Below, piece after piece: positions 42,142 to 51,508 of a stretch of DNA of 64,000 bases. Origin of the DNA: an uncultured Gammaproteobacteria bacterium (GTDB lineage Bacteria; Pseudomonadota; Gammaproteobacteria; JACCXJ01). The stretch lies in assembly GCA_963764725.1 (NCBI GenBank), contig CAVXTM010000011.1, positions 96,001-160,000 of the forward strand. Reading direction: 5' to 3'. Below the pieces are notes generated by a model that saw only the letters and a program-made list of their open reading frames with translations, was not told the DNA's origin and made no database searches. Position numbers and translations under genes: made by a program. Each line of letters begins with the position of its first letter. Positions within the stretch are counted from its first letter, which is position 1.

Positions 42142-43074
42142 TCAGGACACCAGCGCCGCGATCCGATCCTGATACTTGGCATCGGCGACCGCGCCCACGC
42201 CCGCGCCGAGGTTGTCGAGCATGTGCCGGGCCTTGGAAGTCGCCGGGATGACCGCGGTCACCGCGGGATTCGCCAGCACGAACTTGAGGAACAGTTGGGC
42301 CCAGGATCGGCAATCGATCTCAGCGGCCCAGGTGGGTACTTCCCGCCCACGCACCGTATCGAACAGCCGGCCGTCGAGGAAGGCACGATTGACCAGCACG
42401 GCGACGCCGCGCTCCTTGCACAGCGGCAGCAGCCGCTTTTCGGCGGAGCGCGTTGCGGCGGAGTAATTCACCTGGACGAAATCGATGCGCTCGGCCTGGA
42501 CGATCCGGGCGAGCTCGTCGTGGGCGTGATCCAGATAATGCGTGACGCCGACGTAGCGTATCTGCCCGGCCTGCTTCAGCTCGCGGAGGAACGCCAGGTT
42601 ATCGCGCCAGTCGACCAGGTTATGCACCTGCAGGAGATCGACCTTGTCGCTGCGCAGGTCTGCCAGCGAACCGTTCCACTGTGTGTGTGCGCGCGCGCCC
42701 GCCTTCGCGGAAATCTTGGTGGCGAGGAAGGCGCGTTGGCGCCAATCGCCCTGCTGCAGCAGATCGCCGGTCACGGTCTCCGCGCGGCCGTAGCTGGGCG
42801 CGGTATCGATGAGGCTGCCGCCGCCGTCGAAGAGCACGCGCAGCACCTCAACCAGCGGCGCGCGCTCGGCCCGAGTGGCGCCGACGTCGAAGGTGCCCGA
42901 CGTGCCCATGCCGATCACCGGCAGCTGTTCGCCGTTACTAGGGATCGGGCGCTTCTGCATCCCGGTCGCGGCCACCGACAGGCTCTCTACCGCCCGAGTG
43001 TTCGCACCCGCCGCGAACGCGGCCGCGCCGATCGCAGTGATGAATTGACGTCGGTTCATCCGCAAGCTGCTCAT
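42142..43074 (-). CDS. aldo/keto reductase with Tat-like signal
   Basis: MNRRQFI; IGMGT, IDTAPSYG.AE, LATK, DLLQVHN and IPATS. Confidence 0.9.
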   Translation of the reverse strand: MSSLRMNRRQFITAIGAAAFAAGANTRAVESLSVAATGMQKRPIPSNGEQLPVIGMGTSGTFDVGATRAERAPLVEVLRVLFDGGGSLIDTAPSYGRAETVTGDLLQQGDWRQRAFLATKISAKAGARAHTQWNGSLADLRSDKVDLLQVHNLVDWRDNLAFLRELKQAGQIRYVGVTHYLDHAHDELARIVQAERIDFVQVNYSAATRSAEKRLLPLCKERGVAVLVNRAFLDGRLFDTVRGREVPTWAAEIDCRSWAQLFLKFVLANPAVTAVIPATSKARHMLDNLGAGVGAVADAKYQDRIAALVS

Positions 43075-43329
43075 AGGTCCTCCTTCGCCGGTCCAGGCGT
43101 TGCCTACTTCGATGCTGCTCGGCCCCAGCGGTTCCGCCGGCTATAGATCGTGTCTGCTCAGTTCCTTGTGCATTCACAAAGATCTACTATCCTTAATGCC
43201 ATGCAACTGTCACACACTTCATATACTGTGTGCCTGTGGCTTGCGGTTCAGTTTAGTGCTGGGTGATGACCAACTAAGCGTATGAAATAGGAGTACCCAT
43301 TAATCCAAGCAGAATGAGGGGAGGTACGC

Positions 43330-45837
43330 ATGAAACGCTTAACTCACTCCCAAAGCGTTAGATTAGACGTTCCGTTCTTTGCTACGCTGGTTTGGTTTAC
43401 CACCTTGGGGTTGGCCGTTATTCCGGCGTCGGTATCCGCCGATTCCAACGATTCTAGCCGTTCGACCAATATCGCTCTCAGCGGTAATCTGCTCTTCAAT
43501 GTCAACGTCGAGGCCAATTCGGTCACGGTCTTCAGCGTCAGGAGCGGCGGTCTCAAGAAGCTCAATGAAGTCCCGGTCGGCCGGGAACCCTTCTGCGTTG
43601 CTGTCGAGGGCGACCGTGCCTTCGTCACCAACGCCGCAAGTGGCACCGTGTCGGTCATCGCTAAGGCCGGAGGGAATTTCAAGGTCATCAAGGAGATCGT
43701 GGTTGGCACCGAGCCGCGCGGCTGTGCGCTGGCACCGAATGGAAGGCTGTATGTAGCGAACCATACCGAGGGGACGGTGTCGGTGATTAACACCTCATCG
43801 GGGCAGGAGATCAAACCCCGCATTGAGATAGGCGGCAATCCTTTTGCCATCGCCGTCCACAAGAATCGGGTGTTTGTAACAGATTTCTTTGCCCGGCTCA
43901 TCCCCGACCCCGACGGGCCTGGCGGCCCCCTGCAAGGGGGACAAGAGGGGTTCGACGATGGGAAACAAGGGATCGTCTTTTCCTTCCCAGTGGACGATCC
44001 GCACAACGTCACCCCGATCTTCCTCTCGCCGCTCGCAGATTCGGGTTTCAAGGCCGATCGCAAGAACTTCTGCAACAACACGCGAGTTGTTGCTGGTGTT
44101 CCTGTTCCGCCGGCCAACCAGACCTTCTGCCCGGATACCACGGTCACCGACCCGACTGACCCGAAGATCGCTCAGGATCCACAGGCGGTCCATCCCAATC
44201 AACTGAATGCCGCCTTGATCTGCGGTGACAAGCTTTACCTCCCGAACATCGGGGCCCAGCCTGAGCCGCCGGTCTTCTTCAATGTGAACGTCCAGGCCTT
44301 GGTGCATGTGGTCAACACGACAGCACTCAGCGAGCTGACGGGTAGCACGGTCAATCTGAACGCGCAGATCGCGACCGAGCCGGAACCGGCGGATCGGTTC
44401 GCGGCCAGCCTGCAGAGGCTCTTTGGCAACGACATCGTGGCTATCGATGCCGATAAGAAGTGCGAGAACTTCGTCATCGTCAGCCGCGGTGGCAACTATG
44501 TGATCAAGGCACGGCTGGTGGGCGGGAAGCTCGATATCGGCGCGCCCGATAATGTCGTGCGCATCCAGACCGGCAACATCCCGAGCGGCATCGTCGTGCG
44601 TGGCAAGACGGCTTTTGTCAACAACGAAGTCGACATGTCGGTCTCCGTCCTCGACCTCGACGCCGGCCTGGCGGTTGGCGATCCAGTGGCTTCCAGCACC
44701 CCGCCCGAGCCCGGCAGCTTCGACCATTCGAGGCTTGTCGGAAAGCTGGTGTTCTTTACCGCCCTGGGCGTGCCCGATAATAACGAGAACGAGCCTGCCG
44801 ACGGGAGACCTCTGAAAGGGATACCGATCCGCGAGATCATCCCCTTGCAGTTCCGCGGCAAGCAGTCGAGCGACGCCTGGAGCACCTGTGCGTCGTGCCA
44901 TCCTGCCGGTCTTGCCGACGGGGTCACCTGGATCTTCGGTGATGGACCGCGGCAGGCGATCCCACTCGATGCCCTCTACTCCAAGGTGAACGGCGCGCAC
45001 GACACCCGCATCAACAACTGGAGCGCGGCGCGCGACAGCATCACCGACTTCAACAACAATTCCCGCAACGTCCAGTGCGGCAAAGGCTTTGCGGGTGGCG
45101 ATCCGACCGCGGAACGCCGCCGGGAACGGCGCCTGTCCGAGTGCTGGTGCGGCCCCACCTAACCCGGCGATCTACGACCACGGGATTTCGCAAGGGGCGA
45201 GCCAGGCCTTGGATGTGGAGACCACCTGGGGTCAGACCGTGCGACCCTTCAACATGCCGCAGGGAGACCCTGCGGTAGTTGGCGCCGGTGCGGACGTGTT
45301 TGAAGGCAACTGTGCTTCTTGCCATGGGGGCGCAAAGTGGACCAAGAGCCAGGTCTTCTACCTTAACAATCCGGCACTGACGGCGAATGTTGCCGCCGGA
45401 GGTTTAAAGCGTGATCCGTTCTTGACGAACACGGGGAACGAGTTCGTCGAATATGCCGGTGGCGGTGCCCAGCCTGCTGGGGTCGATACCGGCACGCTAA
45501 AGTTCCTGGAAAGTATTGGCACCTTTAACTCCTCCAATCCTATCGAGATCCGGGGGCAAGGTAATCCCGGTGGGCCCCCGTTCGGAGTCCTTTTGGTTTC
45601 AACGTGCCGTCCTTGCTCAGTGTGAATTACCACGCGCCGTATTTCCACAACGGGCAAGCCACCACGCTGGAGGATGTCTTCGATCAACATCTCCTGAATG
45701 GAAGCACCATCGCGGATACGTTGGGCGATATGGACGAGGCTAACTTGTTGGCCTTCCTAAGGTCCATCGACGGCCGCACGGCAACCGTCGAGTCCGACGG
45801 CGATATCTTCAAGGACCCAACCAAAAATCTGCCGTAA
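43330..45837 (+). CDS. exported YVTN/YncE beta-propeller fused to a di-haem cytochrome c (bCcP/MauG-like) domain; frameshifts near 45112 and 45592
   Basis: Signal peptide; VGREP/VGTEP..LYVAN..TVSVI blades; CASCH at 44887 and 45311; FNVPSLL...APYFHNG..TLEDV; three ORFs join into about 835 aa. Confidence 0.8.
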
Positions 45838-45863
45838 GCTAGTAACTCGCTTAAACGAGCTTC

Positions 45864-45896
45864 GAAAGGGCCGGCCCGTAACGGGCCGGCCCTTTC
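45864..45896 (+). terminator. intrinsic terminator
   Basis: GAAAGGGCCGGCCCG-TAA-CGGGCCGGCCCTTTC perfect stem 26 nt after the stop. Confidence 0.85.
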
Positions 45897-45951
45897 TCTC
45901 GCTTGCTACCTCTACCTCCACCTTCCGTCCGCGAGGAAATACGAAATACGG

Positions 45952-45995
45952 GGTCAAATCTCCGATCTTGCACGTTATGCATGAGAGACTTGACC
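45952..45995. repeat. REP-like imperfect palindrome
   Basis: GGTCAAATCTC...GAGACTTGACC; intergenic between convergent genes. Confidence 0.4.
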
Positions 45996-46170
45996 GTTCG
46001 CGGTAACAGCAGAGTGTCTGGCAGGTTGAAGTCCCGTTCAAGGCGTTGTCCGTACGCCTTGGTGGCGTGAGGAAGCGCCGTTGGAGTAATTCAGGGTCGT
46101 GAGTTTTCGAAGAGATCCTCGCAAGCCCCACACACTCCCGGGCGCACACCCGCCAATTCTACGGACAAGT

Positions 46171-47922
46171 CTATTTTTCAAGCAAATAATCCTCGATCAC
46201 CAAGGTATCCATTCCCGTGGTAAAAAAAACCGCCAATGCGTCTTCAACGGTGTGGACCATCGGCTTACCCATGATATTAAATGACGTATTGAGCAGGAGC
46301 GGTATTTTCGTCAAACGGTGGAAAGCCTCAATGAGCGCGTGAAAACGGGCATTCCATTCCCGTTTCACGGTCTGCAAGCGCCCGGTGCCATCCACGTGAA
46401 CCACCGCGGGCACCTTAGCACGGACTTCTTGCTTGAAGCGCAGCGTTCGCTCCATGTACGGGGACTCCTGATAGTTCTCGAAATACTCCTCGCCGTACTC
46501 GTGCAAGATGGCCGGTGCGAAGGGTCGAAACTCCTCGCGGAATTTTACCTCCCGGTTTAATCGATCTTTCATCTCGCCCGAGCGCGGATCGGCCAAGATT
46601 GAACGGTTACCGAGCGCGCGAGGACCGAACTCCGCACGGTCCTGGATCCAGCCGACAATTTTTCCTTCGGCAAGCCGCTTGGCCGCCTCCAAATGCACCG
46701 TTTCGGGAAGATGGCGCAATGTCCGTAGACCGCTCCACCTTGCGACGTTCGTTAGGGTCTCGGCCGACACCCGCGATCCGAGATAGGGCGAGAACAATTG
46801 CTGCCGAGCCTTGCGCGCCCCCCGTGTCCTCTCGTAGGCGAGTAGAGCCGCGCCTACGGCGTTGCCGTCGTCGGCGGGTGCGCTAGGGATATGCAAACGC
46901 TTAAACGGTGTGCTTTCAAAAACCCGGCCCGCATATGATGAGTTCAGCGCACAGCCGCCGCTAAGAACGAGGTTGTTGACGCGGGTTTCTGCGTAGAGAT
47001 TGTGCAACAACTCATCCATGATCTCGGAAAAGACCCGCTGCCAGGTATGCGCGAGATCGGCAACCGCCAAAGCCGATGCGTCCGTTGTCCGCCGGTATCC
47101 CCAAAGGTAGGTAAGCGCTGCGCGAAGCTGACGCATCGGTGGGTATCTCAAGCCGCATCCCGCGACCTTGATCATCGGCCTAAGCAAGCGATAGATCTCT
47201 TCGTCGCTGCGGCCATATGGCGCGAGGCCCATCACCTTCCATTCCTCCCCGCCGAAGCTGGAGAAACCGCATAATTCCGTGATGAGCATATAAAGCCCGC
47301 CCAAGCTTTCCGGGCCCTGGTGACGGGACAAGCGATGCAGACGCCCGTTTCTATAGGCGTAACAGCTTATCGAGCCGTGCTCTCCGGTGCCATCGACGAT
47401 CATGCACACGGCCTCCGAAAACGGGCTGCCGTAACAGGCATAGGCCGCGTGCGTGAGGTGATGATCGAAATTCAAGAAGCGAAGCTTGCGATTTCCAAAG
47501 CGATGGCGCATGACGAGCGCAAGGTTAGCCCCGGCTTTGAGATGCGCGCTCCGCTCGCACAGCATGAGATGATGAAGCTGATAGCGCCGCATCAGCAGCG
47601 TGCGCGACCAGCCGTCGAGCGGGGCGCGCGGGAGCCAGTCTGGACTCAGCAGGCCGAGCCGGCTTGCCGCGCCGGCCAGAAATGGGAGGCGACTGGAGCG
47701 TGCGCTCCACGAGCAGGCGATCGCAAACTCGGCGTCTTGCTCGCAATACTCCTTGACTAGATGGGCGATCCTAAATAAATGGTCAGGCTCCGCATTGATC
47801 GCGCGTTTGCTCTGAAGAAAACGCTCGGCCGCCTCGGCGAATACGATCTCGCCCTCCGCATCCACGATGGCCAGGGCCGGATCGTGGAAAGTGGTCGCTA
47901 ATCCGATGTAATACCGCTTCAT
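46171..47922 (-). CDS. NodU/CmcH family O-carbamoyltransferase
   Basis: FHDPALA, AERF, HHLTHA, VDGTGE, EWKVMGLAPYG, GGCALN, EFGPRALGNRSIL, VHVDGTGRLQ and LLNTSFN. Confidence 0.95.
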   Translation of the reverse strand: MKRYYIGLATTFHDPALAIVDAEGEIVFAEAAERFLQSKRAINAEPDHLFRIAHLVKEYCEQDAEFAIACSWSARSSRLPFLAGAASRLGLLSPDWLPRAPLDGWSRTLLMRRYQLHHLMLCERSAHLKAGANLALVMRHRFGNRKLRFLNFDHHLTHAAYACYGSPFSEAVCMIVDGTGEHGSISCYAYRNGRLHRLSRHQGPESLGGLYMLITELCGFSSFGGEEWKVMGLAPYGRSDEEIYRLLRPMIKVAGCGLRYPPMRQLRAALTYLWGYRRTTDASALAVADLAHTWQRVFSEIMDELLHNLYAETRVNNLVLSGGCALNSSYAGRVFESTPFKRLHIPSAPADDGNAVGAALLAYERTRGARKARQQLFSPYLGSRVSAETLTNVARWSGLRTLRHLPETVHLEAAKRLAEGKIVGWIQDRAEFGPRALGNRSILADPRSGEMKDRLNREVKFREEFRPFAPAILHEYGEEYFENYQESPYMERTLRFKQEVRAKVPAVVHVDGTGRLQTVKREWNARFHALIEAFHRLTKIPLLLNTSFNIMGKPMVHTVEDALAVFFTTGMDTLVIEDYLLEK

Positions 47923-47942
47923 CTACGACGCGATGCGGCTCC

Positions 47943-49319
47943 CTAAGCGACCCACCACCGTTGTACACGCTTGAGCCCGAACCGCGAGACAAAGCGGATC
48001 AAGAGGTCGAACCACGTTTTCGCGGCCACGACCCGCAGGGATACATAACCGCGCCATACCCGCTGCCAGTGCCGCTGCACTTCTCGCTCTCCATAAGCCG
48101 CGCCCAGCTCCTCGAGATAGGCGACGATCGCCGCCTTGGCCAGTGCCGCATGACCACTCGCGAGGTTGTCGCTCGCGATATGGACACTGATGATGCGCGC
48201 ATCGATTCGCCAATAGCTCAGCTCATCGACGAGCTTCATGTAAAACGCGCCGAGGCCGCTCAGCTCGATGGCTAGATTGAGGCCGAGCAGCTCCGGCAGG
48301 AACGTCCGAGGATATTGGGAGATGGACAGCAAATACAGCGGGAGCTCGAATACTGCCGAAGTAAATTTACCATAGCGAATGAACTCATCTGATGAGACTT
48401 CCGGAAGATCGATGCCTTCCGATCGCAACATCTCGCGAAAAATAGCGGCGTGACTCGCGTCGGGGTCCCCGCCACCCACCTCATCGGAGTAGATCTTAAG
48501 CAAATCCGCCGCGATCCCTGGGTGGCGTGCGTACAGGCAGCCGACGTTGCGCAGCCAGCACCCATCGACGAGGATCAAAGGCGCCAGTTGCACGAATAGC
48601 CACAGATACTCCTCTCTGGACAGTCGTGGCGGAGGGATAAAGGGCCGATAAGCATCCACTGCCTCGCGATAGCTCACTTCGATCCTATGCTCGAACGCAG
48701 CGCGGCTGTACTCGAAAGAACGTAATTCCGGATAAAGCCGAGACAGCCACATGGCTCGTCGTGCGCGGGCGAGACAACGCTCGACGTAGTGCTTCGCCGG
48801 GCGCGAAGACTCGGGATAGCGTTCCGCGTTGACCAGTTGATAATAAAGCAGCCGTTTGTCCAGGCGCGGCGATCCCGCGTCTTGGGCCGGGCTCGCCGAT
48901 GCGCTCGCAGGCTCGCCCACGCCCATCCCTAGCCACGGGCCGGTCTCGTCCCCTCGGCCCTCTGGCGCCTGCGGTTCTACGTTGCCTCGGGGGACCGGAT
49001 CGCCTGTCGATCTCAATGTGCGGATCCATTCGAACACAATTCCGATCTCTTCCTCGGTAAATACCCGAAACATCGGGCCACGTGTCGAGACCAGATCTGA
49101 AATCAATCGGCTGCGCTCGGGCGCTGCGGTATCCACATAGGGTGATTCCGCGAGGGCGTTCAGTAATCCCTCGATATCAGGATATGCACCGCTAAACCAC
49201 TCTTCGATCCGCTGCCCCCCGAGCAGTTTATCGCGGTGATGCCCGCGCGCGTAGGGCAGTTTGCGTGCTATGATTTCAGCCGTACGCTGACGCGGACTCG
49301 ATCGCAAGTCTTCTCCCAT
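47943..49319 (-). CDS. haem-oxygenase-like diiron oxidase (HDO, iron-containing redox enzyme family)
   Basis: LVDGCWL, YSDEVGGG....SH, ELLGLNLAIE and VHIASDNLASGH ligand motifs. Confidence 0.82.
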   Translation of the reverse strand: MGEDLRSSPRQRTAEIIARKLPYARGHHRDKLLGGQRIEEWFSGAYPDIEGLLNALAESPYVDTAAPERSRLISDLVSTRGPMFRVFTEEEIGIVFEWIRTLRSTGDPVPRGNVEPQAPEGRGDETGPWLGMGVGEPASASASPAQDAGSPRLDKRLLYYQLVNAERYPESSRPAKHYVERCLARARRAMWLSRLYPELRSFEYSRAAFEHRIEVSYREAVDAYRPFIPPPRLSREEYLWLFVQLAPLILVDGCWLRNVGCLYARHPGIAADLLKIYSDEVGGGDPDASHAAIFREMLRSEGIDLPEVSSDEFIRYGKFTSAVFELPLYLLSISQYPRTFLPELLGLNLAIELSGLGAFYMKLVDELSYWRIDARIISVHIASDNLASGHAALAKAAIVAYLEELGAAYGEREVQRHWQRVWRGYVSLRVVAAKTWFDLLIRFVSRFGLKRVQRWWVA

Positions 49320-49528
49320 AGTTATCCTTCCTACATTGCCATGCGCGACCGTCTACCCCGGGGACGACGGATCTGCCCCTAAAAGTGGCGCGTGTTATAC
49401 TAATCTAAGCATATAAAGCTCAGCCTGGCATCGTTGCCACGCACCAGAATGCAGCTTGGTAGAAAAAGTTACCCGCGGCGCCGCAAGAGCCATTCTCGAG
49501 CGCTGCGCGTGTAGGGCAGGAACACCCC

Positions 49529-51193
49529 ATGGCCGGCAATGTCCATTTAAACCTAGCACCACGTCTGCAGCGCTTAGAAACCCATTTAGCTCAAGAGAAC
49601 CCGGTCCTGCTCAATGTGGTCAAGAGCTTCCGAGCGTTGGATGGCGTCGCCTACCGCACGGGTATTCTCGATGTTGGGGACTCCTACGCCACCCGCGTTC
49701 CTTGGTGGCCCCTGATTTCGGTACTAGGAACGTTTTCCTCGGGCAAGTCTACGTTTATCAACGATTATCTACGCTACAAGCTGCAACTCACCGGTAATCA
49801 GGCGGTAGACGACAAGTTTACCGTGATCTGTTTCAGCACCGACGCTACGCCCCGGATCTTACCGGGCCTCGCGCTCGACGCCGATCCACGCTTTCCGTTT
49901 TACAACATCAGCCGCGAAATCGACGCGGTGGCCCAAGGCGAAGGCCGGCGTGTGGATGCCTATCTGCAGCTTAAAACCTGTCCGAGCGAAGCCCTGCGAG
50001 GCAAGATATTAATCGATTCTCCGGGATTCGACGCAGATCTGCAACGGACTTCGACCTTGCGGATCACAAACCATATCATCGACCTCTCTGATCTGGTGCT
50101 GGTGTTTTTCGATGCCCGGCATCCGGAGCCGGGAGCAATGAAAGATACCCTCCAGCATCTGGTCGCCGAGACCATTAGCAGACCCGACTCCAACAAGTTT
50201 CTGTTTGTGCTCAATCAAATCGATGCGACCGCCCGCGAAGACAATCCGGAAGAAGTCTTCGCGGCTTGGCAACGCGCCTTGGCGAGCGCGGGATTGACGG
50301 CCGGCCGTTTTTACCGCATTTACAACCTGGAGGCGGCCAACCCGATCGACGACGATAACCTGCGGCATCGATTCGAGCAAAAAAGGGTCGTCGATATGGC
50401 GGAACTCTTGGACCGGATACAACAGGTCGAGGTGGAGCGCTGCTACCGCATTATCGGTGTTCTGGAGCATACGGCTAAGGCCATCCAAGAGGATTTCGTG
50501 CCGCGGATTAGCGCGACCAAACGAAAATGGAAACTGCGCGTTTTGCTGTTGGACGCGCTCGTCTACGGATTTGTATTCAGCGTACTCCTGGTGTCGGGTA
50601 TTTCCGCCGGGTGGTGGGCCGATGGGTCGTTTTCTCCTGCGTGGCTGCATAACCTCCCCGATCCCGTCCAACTCGTCGGCGCCGCGGTGGTGATCGCGCT
50701 TCTAATTTACCCTCATTTTGCGGTGCGCCAACTCGCCGCCAAGACCGTCATCAAAGGACTGCAACGAGAGGTCTTATCCCAAGAAATCAAAGACTCCTTG
50801 ATACGCGCGTTCAAGCAAAACACGCGCTTTACGCGCTCGATTTTTCGTAGGACACCCGTGGGATGGGGGCGGCGGGCTCAGCGCGTCGTTATCCGCGTGC
50901 TCAGCGACGCCAACCGCTGTGTCGAGAGCCTCAACGACCGCTTTGCCGATCCTTCCGGTCACGAGCCCGCCGGCTCGGCCTCGCGCGCATCGCGTCCCGC
51001 GGACGATCGAACTCAGCGAGGCAACGGTATCCCCGGCTTACTGGAAATCCCGAAAGTCTCGCGGGTGGCGGACACCACGCGCTTCGAACACGGCGCGAGG
51101 ACAACACCCGCGGACGATAGCGATCCTCAGCGCCGAAGAGCGCGCCGCATCATTCACTTTGAGGAACCTCCACCGGTTCGCAGCCGAGAATAG
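49529..51193 (+). CDS. dynamin-family (EHD-like) GTPase with two TM segments
   Basis: G1 GTFSSGKSTFIN, G2 TG..AVDDKFT, G3 IDSPG, G4-like NQID; two hydrophobic helices and a disordered tail. Confidence 0.85.
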   Translation: MAGNVHLNLAPRLQRLETHLAQENPVLLNVVKSFRALDGVAYRTGILDVGDSYATRVPWWPLISVLGTFSSGKSTFINDYLRYKLQLTGNQAVDDKFTVICFSTDATPRILPGLALDADPRFPFYNISREIDAVAQGEGRRVDAYLQLKTCPSEALRGKILIDSPGFDADLQRTSTLRITNHIIDLSDLVLVFFDARHPEPGAMKDTLQHLVAETISRPDSNKFLFVLNQIDATAREDNPEEVFAAWQRALASAGLTAGRFYRIYNLEAANPIDDDNLRHRFEQKRVVDMAELLDRIQQVEVERCYRIIGVLEHTAKAIQEDFVPRISATKRKWKLRVLLLDALVYGFVFSVLLVSGISAGWWADGSFSPAWLHNLPDPVQLVGAAVVIALLIYPHFAVRQLAAKTVIKGLQREVLSQEIKDSLIRAFKQNTRFTRSIFRRTPVGWGRRAQRVVIRVLSDANRCVESLNDRFADPSGHEPAGSASRASRPADDRTQRGNGIPGLLEIPKVSRVADTTRFEHGARTTPADDSDPQRRRARRIIHFEEPPPVRSRE

Positions 51194-51205
51194 GACGAGC
51201 TGCCA

Positions 51206-51436
51206 CTACTGTTGTTCGGCCTGCACTTCGGCGAGCCTTCGTTCAAGCTCGGCCTTCATTTGTTCCATGCCTTCCGTCGCGGGATCGTCCGGTCCCTTCC
51301 GGTTCGCCAGCATACGGTCAACCGCCTCTAGTGAGTTCCTGACCTTCTGCTCTTCTGAGAGATCCGACGAATCGCCGCAGGCGGCGAGCGCTACCCCTAG
51401 GCATCCAAAAGCTATAATTCTAGCCGTTCCTCGCAT
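51206..51436 (-). CDS. small helical lipoprotein
   Basis: GGAG RBS; MRGTARIIAFGCLGVALAAC lipobox; downstream of xoxF. Confidence 0.7.
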   Translation of the reverse strand: MRGTARIIAFGCLGVALAACGDSSDLSEEQKVRNSLEAVDRMLANRKGPDDPATEGMEQMKAELERRLAEVQAEQQ

Positions 51437-51452
51437 AATCTCCACCCTCAGA

Positions 51453-51482
51453 AAACCCCGGCAACATCCGTTGCCGGGGTTT
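51453..51482 (-). terminator. intrinsic terminator after xoxF
   Basis: AAACCCCGGCAAC-ATCC-GTTGCCGGGGTTT stem-loop. Confidence 0.8.
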
Positions 51483-51508
51483 AATAACAACGTATTTTAC
51501 GGTGTATC

